Translations under genes and position numbers: made by a program
Assembly: GCF_963921235.1 (NCBI RefSeq)
Contig: NC_086108.1
Span: 90,150,001-90,214,000 of the forward strand
Reading direction: 5' to 3'
DNA: 64,000 bases
Source of the DNA: Mobula hypostoma
Taxonomy: Eukaryota
Notes under the pieces: generated by a model
What the model was told of the DNA's origin: nothing
What the model saw: only the letters and a program-made list of their open reading frames with translations
Databases searched by the model: none
Part shown: positions 38,900-48,995 of the stretch, in pieces
How positions within the stretch are numbered: the stretch's first letter is position 1
How the letters are laid out: every line of letters begins with the position of its first letter

Positions 38900-41640
38900 G
38901 TCAGAGTTCAGAGTACATTCATTATCAAAGTACATATATGTCGCCATGTACAACCCTGAGGTTCATTTTTCTTGCCTGCATATTCAATAAATCCTTAATA
39001 GAATAATAACCATAATAGAATCAATGAAGGACTGCACCAACTTGGGCATTCAACTAGTGTTCAGAAGACAACAAACTGTTCAAAACAGAAAGAAAGAAAT
39101 AATATTAATACATAAATAAGCAATGAATATTGAGAACATAAGATGAAGAGTTCTTGAAAGTGAATTCATGGGTTGTGGGAACGCTTCAATGATGGGGCAA
39201 GTGAAGTTAAGTGAAGTTATCCCCCTTTGTTTCAAGAGCCTGATAGTTGAGGGGTAATATCTGTGGTGTAAGTCCTGAGGCTCCTGCACCTTCTTCCTGA
39301 TAGCAGCAGTTAGAGGAGAACGTGACCTGGGTGGTGGGGTCACTGATGATCGATGCTGCTTTCCTGCGACAACATTTTGTGCAGATGTGCTCAGTGGTGG
39401 GGAGGGCTCTACCAGTGATGATTTCTATTCAAGGGCATTGGTGTTTCCATACCAGCCAGTGATGCAGTGTCAATATACTCTCTACTACACATCCACTGTA
39501 TAGTTTTAGATGTCATGCCTAATCTTCGCAAACTCCAAAGGAAGTAGAGGCATTGCTGTGCTTTCTTCATAATTGCAATTACATGCTGGTCTCAGGACGG
39601 GTCCTCCACAATTTGAAGTTTCTGACCCTTTCCACCCCTGTTCCGCTGATGAGGACAGACTTGTGGACATCTGGTTTCCTTCTCCTCAAGTCAATAATCA
39701 AGTCAAGTCAAGTCGTTACGTTTTATTGTCATTTCTACCATAACTGCTGGTACAGAACATAGTAAAAATGAGACAATGTTTTCCAGGACCATGGTGCTAC
39801 ATGAAACAATACAAAAACTACACTGAACTACATAAGAAAAAACACAAAAACTACACTAGACTACAGACCTATCCAGGACTGCATGAAGTGCACAAAACAG
39901 TGCAGACACTACAATAAATAATAATAAATAATAAACAAGACAGTAGGCACAGTAGAGGGCAGTAGGTTGGTGTCAATACGGGCTCTGGGTATTGAGGAAT
40001 CTGATGGCTTGGGGGAAGAAACTGTTACATAGTCTGGTCGTGAGAGCCTGAATGCTTCGGTGCCTTTTTCCAGATGGCAGGAGGGAGAAGAATTTATATG
40101 AGGGGTGTGTGGGGTCCTTCATAATGCTGTTTGCTTTGTGGATGCAGCGTGTAAATGTCTGTGATGGCGGGAAGAGAGACCCCGATGATCTTCTCAGCTG
40201 ACCTCACTATCCGCTGTAGGGTCTTGTGATCCGAGATGATACAGTTGCCAAACCAGGCCGTGATGCAGCTGTTCAGGATGCTCTCAATACAACCTCTGTA
40301 GAATGTGGTGAGGATAGGGGGTGGGAGATGGACTTTTCTCAGCCTTCGCAGAAAGTAGAGACGCTGCTGGGCTTTCTTTGCTATGGAGCTGCTGTTGAGG
40401 GACTAGGTGAGATTCTCCGCCAGGTGAACACCAAGAAATTCGGTGCTCCTTGGTCTTGCTGACATTGAGTAAAAGGTTGTTGTTATGGCACCACGCAACC
40501 GGATTTTCAATCTCCCTCCTATATGCTGATTTCTCTCTGATTGAATGTCTCTGATCTGATCCTCAGCAGATTGTGGATCTCATTTGATTTGGCCCATGAA
40601 AGTGCTGTCATCAGCAAACGGGAATATGGCTTTGGAGCTGTGCTTAGGCACTCAGTCATAAGTGTAAATCGAGTAGAGTGGTGGGGGGGGGGATGCTAAG
40701 CACAGCCTTGTGGTGCACCTTTGCTGATGGAGATCGTGGAGGAGATGTTGCTAATTCGGTCTACAGGTGACGAAATTGAGGATCCAATTGCACAAGGAGG
40801 TATTCAGGCCAAGGTCTTAAAGTTTATTGATTACTTTTGAGGGGATGATGGTATTGAATTCTGAGCTGCAGTTAATGAAGTGCTTCCTGATGAATGCATC
40901 TTTGCTGTCCAGATATTCCAAGATTGAGTGAAGAGCCAGTGAGTTGGTACCTGCTGTCGACTTGTTGCTCAGGTAAGCAAATTGAAGTAAATCCAAGTTG
41001 CTTCTCAAGCAAGAGTTGATATTTTTCATCACCAACCTCTCAAAACACTTCATCACAGTGGATGTAAATGCTACTGGATGATAGTTTTTGAGGCAGGTTT
41101 CCAGGTTCTTCTTAGGCGCCAGTTTAATTGAAGCTGATGGGTACCTTAGACTGCCAAAGCAAAAGGTTAGAGATCTTAGTGAACACTGCAGCCAGTGGAT
41201 CAGCACTGATTTTTAGTACTTCGCCAGGTAACCTGTCTGGGCTGGATGGTTTTGGTGAGTTCACCCTCCTGAAAGCCAGTTGCACGTCAGCCTCAAAGAC
41301 TGAAATCGCAGGATCATTAGGGCTATGGGAGCTCACGATGGTTCCTCCATGCTTTGATGGCCAAAGTGAGCATAGGAGGCATTGAGCTCATCTGGAAGCA
41401 AAGTCCTGTTGTTGCATATGTCACTTGATTTAACTTTATAAGGGGTAAGAGTATTCAAGCATCCTTCATTGATTCAAATTTAGTCTGGAAATGCCACTTC
41501 GCCTGTGAGATGGCTTACTGGAGATTGTACCTAGACCTCTTGTAACTCTCCTAGTCACCAGACTTGAATGTCTCTAATCTGACCCTCAGCAGATTGCGGA
41601 TCTCATGGTTCATCCAGGGCTTCTGGTTGAGGAAGACTCT
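38900..41640 (-). mobile_element. Rex1/Babar-like LINE, decayed, with nested copy
   Basis: ORF 40817-41206 has NYHPVAFTSTVMKCFERLV...LDLLQFAY...FINCSSEFNTI; 41124-41336 has VNSPKPSSPDRLPG; tail near 38900. Confidence 0.8.
39701..40444 (-). mobile_element. Rex1/Babar-like 3' fragment nested in the element above
   Basis: (agtca)n tail at 39701; host reads tcaataatca|gctccttggtc across it. Confidence 0.7.
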
Positions 41641-42594
41641 AAATGTACATTTGACAAATAAAGCTAATCTTTAAAAATCTTTAATCTCCTTCATCATGCC
41701 TCACTCGTTCATCCCAACATGGCCTCCAACATCCATCCATTGCCCTTTTTGAGTAGATCTGCTGTCCAGTGGTGGCAAGCTTCATTAACATATTAAAATT
41801 ATGCTCTTATTTTGTGAATATTTGAGATTCATTGTTGCTATGTGAATTTTCCATGGGTCAATCAAAACTACAAGATTGCAGACTCCATTCTACCATTGTA
41901 GTTTTTTGCCTCTTTTCTGATCATGGAATTTCTCCCCAATCCCAAACTTGGCATTGACGTCTCTTTCTAATCGCAGCTCCATTTAAACCCCGATTGTCAC
42001 TTTGGCTTCTCCTGCATGTTTGCCAACTACTCTGTGCTTGCTGGATCTCAAATTGTGATTCAGATTCAGATTTATTTATTACATGTGCATGAGACGTGTT
42101 GTTTGTGTTAACCATCAACACACATAAGGATGTGCTGGGAGCAGCCCGCAAGTGTCTCCGCACGTTCTGGCACCAAAGCTGCATGCACACGTGCTCAGCA
42201 GAACAACACAGAACAAAGCAAGCAAGAAAACAACAGCAAAACAAGCTCCTTTCCTCCCTCCCTCCCAACTACACACACACACACACCCGCGCACCATCAG
42301 GATCGATTCTTTGGTATTAACCCCTGGGCTAGCCGATGACGGGACCTGAACGCCAAGCTCACACTCCAGGCTTGCTGACTGATCAGCCCTTGTGCTTCCT
42401 CATGTGTTCTGCTTTCTCAGACCTATCTGATTCCAGGACCCACTAATCATGGACATCCCAACATCCACGGATGACCATTTGTCACCGTTCAGTCGCTGGC
42501 CTTCAAGTGTGAAGCGGAGGCGTAGACTCCAGATGTCCTTCGTCCCATGTCCAAATCGCATGCCAATGAGAGCAAAACAAAGCCCTCAACACAA

Positions 42595-42722
42595 ACAACA
42601 GGAATTCTGCAGATGCTGGAAATTCAAGCAACACACATCAAAGTTGCTGATGAATGCAGCAGGCCAGGCAGCATCTGATGCTGCCTGGCCTGCTGCGTTC
42701 ACCAGCAACTTTGATGTGTGTT
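42595..42722. mobile_element. Short fold-back Penelope-derived element
   Basis: Near-perfect hairpin 42628-42724; 13-bp TSD gccctcaacacaa at 42582-42594 and 42723-42735. Confidence 0.85.
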
Positions 42723-44269
42723 GCCCTCAACACAAGATGCCCCTCCTCAACTCTCCATGCTGCTGACCTTCAAAAGCAGAGTGGATGCCTCACTCCTAAC
42801 CCCTCCATACCTCTGTCCCTAAACCTTATTCTGACCTCTAACTCTCTCATATCAATGTCCCAGAACCTAATCTGACCCCTATCTCCCCTCTCAGTCCCCA
42901 AAACCATCTCTATGAACTGCTAAAACAACTAAGCTCGCGCCGCGATCTTAAAAGAGGCTGCACCTTGGCACCATTTTAACCATGTACTGTATTCAATTGG
43001 AACATTTCCCCTCTTTCAATTGCATATCTCAATTCTATGATTATTTCTCTAATTTCACCTAAAATATAGAAGGGGACATTGTCCCGTTATCTAGACTTTC
43101 ACTCAAGCAATCCAATTAATTTCATTCTTTCCCTGTAATGTAATCTAATTTATATGCCTATAAATCCCTCCATTCTCTTCCACCTTTCACAGAGTTTTTT
43201 TCATAGGGAAGTACTGCACAGAATCAGGCCTTTCACCCATCTACTTCATGCTGAAACCATTTAAGCTGCCTACTTGCACCCATCGACTTACACCGGGACC
43301 ATAGCCCTCCATACCCCTCCTATCCAAGTAAATATTCAAACTTCTCTTAAACATTGAAATTGAGCTCACATGTATCATTTATGCTGGCAGCTCATTTCAC
43401 AACCCCCAGAGTGAAGAAGTTCCCCCTCATGTTCTCCTTAAACTTCTCACCTTTCACCTGTGGTTGCAGTCCGACCCAACTTCGGTAGTAAAAGTCTGCT
43501 TGCATTTACCCCATTTATACACCTCATAATTTTGTATAGCTCTATTAAATCTCCTCTCAACCTTCTACATTCTAAGAAATAAAGTCCTAATCTATTCAAT
43601 CTTTCCTTATAATTCAGGCCCTCCAGACCTGGCAACATCCTTGCAAATTTTCTCTGTACTCTTTCAATCTTATTTACATCTTTCCTGTACATAGGTGACC
43701 AAAACTGCACAAAATACTCAAAATTAGGCCGTATTAACATCTAATACAACTTCAACATAACATCCCATTTCCTGTACTTAAAACATTGATTTACGAAGGC
43801 CAATGTGCCAAAACCTTTCCTTATGACTCTATCTGTGACACCACTTTCAATGAATTATGGATCTGTATTTCATGATCCCTTTGTTCTACCGCACTTCTTG
43901 GTGCCCTGCTTTTCACTGTGTAAAACCTACCCTGGCTGCTCCTACCAAAGTATAAAACCTCACACTTGTCTACATTAAATTCTATCCACTGCCTTGCCTT
44001 CACCCATTTTCCTGGTAACTTTCTCAAAAAACTGTATAAGATTGATTAATTACGATCTAACATGCACAAAGCCATGCTGACTATCGTTAATCAGTCCACG
44101 TCTATCCAAATATATATCCAGTCCTTTAGAGTACCTTCCAATAACTTTCCCACAACTGACAAACATATAATTTCCTGGTTTCTGTTTAGAGCCTTTTTTA
44201 AACAGCTATCCTCCAATCCTCTGATACCTGTCGTGTCATTTAGAATGATTTAACTATTTATTTACGGCT

Positions 44270-44455
44270 TTCTGAGAGGCGGGACTGCGCAGGCGTGTGA
44301 CGTCGGGCAGTGCAGCGCGGCAGATTTAAAAGGAACAAAGCCTCATAGAGCGGGCAGCGTGGTTTGCGGGCTGCAGAGTGAGCCGGGAGCAGAGTGAAGA
44401 CTTAAGGGCTTCGGCTCACCGGGCTTAGGCGGAAGCGGGCGAGGCGAGGAAGGTT
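44270..44455 (+). promoter_or_regulatory. Putative internal Pol II promoter in the CR1 5' UTR
   Basis: CpG-dense stretch with GC box gaggcgggac, NRF1-like tgcgcaggcg, CRE-like tgacgtc and tttaaaa. Confidence 0.5.
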
Positions 44456-44495
44456 TGACATTCATTTTCTGTTGCTATTTGAGGAGAGGGGCATT

Positions 44496-45422
44496 ATGAT
44501 TGTGAGGGCAGTTTGCTGTTCTCGGTGTCGGATGTGGGAGGCCCTGGAGTCTCCAAGCCTCCCGGACGTCTACATCTGCGCCAAGTGCATCGAGATGCAG
44601 CTCCTAAGGGACCGCGTTACGGAACTGGAGCTGCAGCTCGATGACCTTCGTCTGGTCAGGGAGAGCGAAGAGGTGATAGAGAGGAGTGGAAGGCAGGTGG
44701 TCACGCCGGGGCCATGGGAGGCAGACAAGTGGGTCACGGTTAGGAGGGGGAAGGGGAAAAGGCAGGTGATGGGGAGTACCCCGGTGGCTGTGCCCCTTAA
44801 CAACAGGTACTCCTGTTTGAGTACTGTTGGGGGGGACAGCTCACCCGGGGGAAGCGACAGTGGCCGTGCCTCCGGCACAGACTCTGGCCCTGTAGCTCAG
44901 AAGGGTAGGGCAAGGAAGAGGAGGGCAGTTGTGATAGGGGACTCGATAGTAAGGGGGTCAGATAGGCGATTCTGTGGACGCAGTCCAGAGACCCGGATGG
45001 TAGTTTGCCTCCCTGGTGCCAGGGTCCGGGATATTTCTGATCGTGTCCAAGATATCCTGAAGTGGGAGGGTGAGGAGCCAGAGGTCGTGGTACATATAGG
45101 TACCAATGACATAGGTAGGAAAAGGGATGAGGTCCTGAAAGGAGAATATAGGGAGCTAGGAAGGGAGTTGAGAAAAAGGACCACAAAGGTAGTAATCTCG
45201 CCTGTGCCACGCGACAGTGAGAGTAGGAATGCGATGAGGTGGAGGATAAATGCGTGGCTGAGGGGTTAGAGCAGGGGGCAGGGATTCAAGTTTTTGGATC
45301 ATTGGGACCTCTCTTGGCGCAGGCGTGACCTGTACAAAAAGGACGGGTTACACTTGAATCCTAGGGGGACCAATATCCTGGCGGGGAGATTAGCGGGCGC
45401 TACTGAGGTGACTTTAAACTAG
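44496..45422 (+). pseudogene. CR1 ORF1 (CxxC...CxxC zinc finger, leucine zipper, SGNH esterase) with one premature stop
   Basis: ATG at 44496; CSRC..CAKC; LRDRVTELELQLDDL; VIGDS and HIGTND; in-frame TAG at 45267-45269; the frame then continues DHWDL..KDGLHLNPRGTNILAG..TLN* to 45422. Confidence 0.9.
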
Positions 45423-48400
45423 AATGGTTGGGGGGTGGGAATCAAATTAAAGAGGCTAGGCGTGAGGAGGTTAGTTCACAACAGAGGGATGGGAACCAGT
45501 GCAGAGAGACAGAGGGGTGTAAAGTGAGCGTAGAAGCAAAAAGTACAAAGGAGAAAAGTAAAAGTGGCAGGCCGACAAATCCAGGGCAAGCATTAAAAAG
45601 GGCCACTTTTCAACATAATTGTACAAGGGCTAAGAGAGTTGTAAAAGAGCGCCTGAAGGCTTTATGTGTCAATGCAAGGAGCATTCGTAATAAGGTGGAT
45701 GAATTGAAAGTGCAGATTGTTATTAATGATTATGATATAGTTGGGATCACAGAGACATGGCTCCAGGGTGACCAGGGATGGGAGCTCAACGTTCAGGGAT
45801 ATTCAATATTCAGGAGGGATAGACATGAAGGAAGGGGAGGTGGGGTGGCGTTGCTGGTTAAAGAAGAGATTAACGCAATAGAAAGGAAGGACATAAGCCG
45901 GGAAGATGTGGAATCGATATGGGTAGAGCTGCGTAACACTAAGGGGCAGAAGACGCTGGTGGGAGTTGTGTACAGGCCACCTAACAGTAGTAGTGAGGTC
46001 GGAGATGGTATTAAACAGGAAATTAAAAATGTGTGCAATAAAGGAACAGCAGTTATAATGGGTGACTTCAATCTACATGTAGACTGGGTGAACCAAATTG
46101 GTAAAGGTGCTGAGGAAGAGGATTTCTTGGAATGTATGCGGGATGGTTTTTTGAACCAACATGTCGAGGAACCAACTAGAGAGCAGGCTTTTCTGGACTG
46201 GGTTTTGAGCAATGAGGAAGGGTTAATTAGCGATCTTGTCGTGAGAGGCCCCTTGGGTAAGAGTGACCATAATATGGTGGAATTCTTCATTAATATGGAG
46301 AGTGACATAGTTAATTCAGAAACAAAGGTTCTGAACTTAAAGAGGGGTAACTTTGAAGGTATGAGACATGAATTAGCTAAGATAGACTGGCAAATGACAC
46401 TTAAAGGATTGACGGTGGATATGCAATGGCAAGCATTTATAGATTGCATGGATGAACTACAACAATTGTTCATCCCAGTTTGGCAAAAGAATAAATCAAG
46501 GAAGGTAGTGCACCCGTGGCTGACAAGAGAAATTAGGGATAGTATCAATTCCAAAGAAGTAGCATACAAATTAGCCAGAGAAAGTGGCTCACCTGAGGAC
46601 TGGGAGAAGTTCAGAGTTCAGCAGAGGAGGACAAAGGGCTTAATTAGGAAGGGGAAAAAAGATTATGAGAGAAAACTGGCAGAGAACATAAAAACGGACT
46701 GTAAAAGCTTTTATAGATATGTAAAAAGGAAAAGACTGGTAAAGACAAATGTAGGTCCCCTGCAGACAGAAACAGGTGAATTGATTATGGGGAGCAAAGA
46801 CATGGCAGACCAATTGAATAATTACTTTGGTTCTGTCTTCACTAAGGAGGACATAAATAATCTTCCAGAAATAGTAAGGGACAGAGGGTCCAGTGAGATG
46901 GAGGAACTGAGTGAAATACATGTTAGTAGGGAAGTGGTGTTAGGTAAATTGAAGGGATTGAAGGCAGATAAATCCCCAGGGCCAGATGGTCTGCATCCTA
47001 GAGTGCTTAAGGAAGTAGCCCAAGAAATAGTGGATGTATTAGTGATAATTTTTCAAAACTCGTTAGATTCTGGACTAGTTCCTGAGGATTGGAGGGTGGC
47101 TAATGTAACCCCAATTTTTAAAAAAGGAGGGAGAGAGAAACCGGGGAATTATAGACCGGTTAGCCTAACGTCGGTGGTGGGGAAACTGCTGGAGTCAGTT
47201 ATCAAGGATGTGATAACAGCACATTTGGAAAGCGGAGAAATGATCGGACAAAGTCAGCATGGATTTGTGAAAGGAAAATCATGTCTGACGAATCTCATAG
47301 AATTTTTTGAGGATGTAACTAGTAGAGTGGATAGGGGAGAACCAGTGGATGTGGTATATTTGGATTTTCAAAAGGCTTTTGACAAGGTCCCACACAGGAG
47401 ATTAGTGTGCAAACTTAAAGCACACGGTATTGGGGGTAAGGTATTGGTGTGGGTGGAGAATTGGTTAGCAGACAGAAAGCAAAGAGTGGGAATAAACGGG
47501 ACCATTTCAGAATGGCAGGCGGTGACTAGTGGGGTACCGCAAGGCTCAGTGCTGGGACCCCAGTTGTTTACAATATATATTATTGACTTGGATGAGGGAA
47601 TTAAATGCAGCATCTCCAAGTTTGCGGATGACATGAAGCTCGGCGGCAGTGTTAGCTGTGAGGAGGATGCTAAGAGGATGCAGGGCGACTTGGATAGGTT
47701 GGGTGAGTGGGCAAACTCATGGAAGATGCAATTTAATGTGGATAAATGTGAAGTTATCCACTTTGGTGGCAAAAATAGGAAAACAGATTATTATCTGAAT
47801 GGTGGCCGATTAGGAAAAGGGGAGGTGCAACGAGACCTGGGTGTTATTATACACCAGTCATTGAAAGTGGGCATGCAGGTACAGCAGGCGGTGAAAAAGG
47901 CGAATGGTATGCTGGCATTTATAGCGAGAGGATTCGAGTACAGGAGCAGGGAGGTACTACTGCAGTTGTACAAGGCCTTGGTGAGACCACACCTGGAGTA
48001 TTGTGTGCAGTTTTGGTCCCCTAATCTGAGGAAAGACATCTTTGCCATAGAGGGAGTACAAAGAAGGTTCACCAGATTGATTCCTGGGATGGCAGGACTT
48101 TCATATGAAGAAAGACTGGATGAACTGGGCTTGTACTCGTTGGAATTTAGAAGATTGAGGGGGGATCTGATTGAAACGTATAAGATCCTAAAGGGATTGG
48201 ACAGGCTAGATGCAGGAAGATTGTTCCCGATGTTGGGGAAGTCCAGAACGAGGGGTCACAGTTTGAGGATAGAGGGGAAGCCTTTTAGGACCGAGATTAG
48301 GAAAAACTTCTTCACACAGAGAGTGGTGAATCTGTGGAATTCTCTGCCACAGCAAACTGTTGAGGCCAGTTCATTGGCTATGTTTAAGAGGGAGTTAGAT

Positions 48401-48460
48401 ATGGCCCTCGTGGCTACAGGGGTCAGGGGGTATGGAGGGAAGGCTGGGGCGGGGTTCTGA
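45407..48460 (+). CDS. CR1 ORF2: AP endonuclease plus reverse transcriptase, uninterrupted
   Basis: APE motifs VNARS, ITETW, VYRPP, MGDFN, SDH; RT motifs PGNYRPVSL, QHGF, YLDFQKAFDKV, GVPQGSVLGP, FADD, RDLGV. Frame is open from 45407; the called start 45428 is TTG; first ATG is at 46058. Confidence 0.95.
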   Translation, partial: GDFKLEWLGGGNQIKEARREEVSSQQRDGNQCRETEGCKVSVEAKSTKEKSKSGRPTNPGQALKRATFQHNCTRAKRVVKERLKALCVNARSIRNKVDELKVQIVINDYDIVGITETWLQGDQGWELNVQGYSIFRRDRHEGRGGGVALLVKEEINAIERKDISREDVESIWVELRNTKGQKTLVGVVYRPPNSSSEVGDGIKQEIKNVCNKGTAVIMGDFNLHVDWVNQIGKGAEEEDFLECMRDGFLNQHVEEPTREQAFLDWVLSNEEGLISDLVVRGPLGKSDHNMVEFFINMESDIVNSETKVLNLKRGNFEGMRHELAKIDWQMTLKGLTVDMQWQAFIDCMDELQQLFIPVWQKNKSRKVVHPWLTREIRDSINSKEVAYKLARESGSPEDWEKFRVQQRRTKGLIRKGKKDYERKLAENIKTDCKSFYRYVKRKRLVKTNVGPLQTETGELIMGSKDMADQLNNYFGSVFTKEDINNLPEIVRDRGSSEMEELSEIHVSREVVLGKLKGLKADKSPGPDGLHPRVLKEVAQEIVDVLVIIFQNSLDSGLVPEDWRVANVTPIFKKGGREKPGNYRPVSLTSVVGKLLESVIKDVITAHLESGEMIGQSQHGFVKGKSCLTNLIEFFEDVTSRVDRGEPVDVVYLDFQKAFDKVPHRRLVCKLKAHGIGGKVLVWVENWLADRKQRVGINGTISEWQAVTSGVPQGSVLGPQLFTIYIIDLDEGIKCSISKFADDMKLGGSVSCEEDAKRMQGDLDRLGEWANSWKMQFNVDKCEVIHFGGKNRKTDYYLNGGRLGKGEVQRDLGVIIHQSLKVGMQVQQAVKKANGMLAFIARGFEYRSREVLLQLYKALVRPHLEYCVQFWSPNLRKDIFAIEGVQRRFTRLIPGMAGLSYEERLDELGLYSLEFRRLRGDLIETYKILKGLDRLDAGRLFPMLGKSRTRGHSLRIEGKPFRTEIRKNFFTQRVVNLWNSLPQQTVEASSLAMFKRELDMALVATGVRGYGGKAGAGF

Positions 48461-48840
48461 GTTGGATGATCAGCCATGATCATAATAAATGGCGGTGCAG
48501 GCTCGAAGGGCCGAATGGCCTACTCCTGCACCTATTTTCTATGTTTCTATGTTTCTAAATATCTCTGCTCAGGCCCTGGAAATTTATGCACGTAGGGTCC
48601 AAAGGAATACCTTGTCAGGCCCTAGGGATTTATCCATTGCCTCATGGTAGCAAACACCTCCTTGTCTGTAATCTGCGCAGGGTCCATGAAGCTGATGGCA
48701 CTTCGTCTCACCTCTATAGACTGTGTATCTGTCTCCTTAGTAAATACAGGTACAAGGAATTTATTTATGATCTCCTCAATTTCTTTTGGCTTCACACGTG
48801 GATTAGCTTTCTGGTATTCCAAAGGACAAATTTTGTCCCT

Positions 48841-48995
48841 TGCAATCCTTTTGCTCTTAATATACTTGTAGAATCCCCTAGGATTCCTCTTCACCTTGTC
48901 TGCTGGAGTAACTTCATGCAATCCTTTTGCTCTTAATATACTTGTAGAATCTCCTAGGATTCCTCTTCACCTTGTCTGCTGGAGTAACTTCATGC
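48841..48995. repeat. 76-bp tandem duplication inside the old CR1
   Basis: tgcaatccttttgctc...gtaacttca repeated at 48841 and 48917 with one visible mismatch. Confidence 0.9.

Larger units (their letters stand above)
44254..48555 (+). mobile_element. Young full-length CR1 (HER1-type) LINE
   Basis: CpG-rich 5' UTR, ORF1, open ORF2, 3' hairpin ggccgaatggcc and (tttctatg)n tail; probable TSD taa at 44251-44253 and 48556-48558. Confidence 0.96.

Noticed and set aside
45424..45450. ATG in TAGAATG just after the ORF1 stop as a reinitiation codon for ORF2
   Set aside because: It is in the wrong frame, closes after 8 codons (TAA) and is absent from the other three junctions. AUG-independent reinitiation is not excluded.
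45793..46569. Long antisense ORFs over CR1 ORF2 (also 47368-47772, 56631-57035, 58107-58610)
   Set aside because: Shadow frames of LINE coding sequence; they recur only because the copies are closely similar and carry no recognisable domain.
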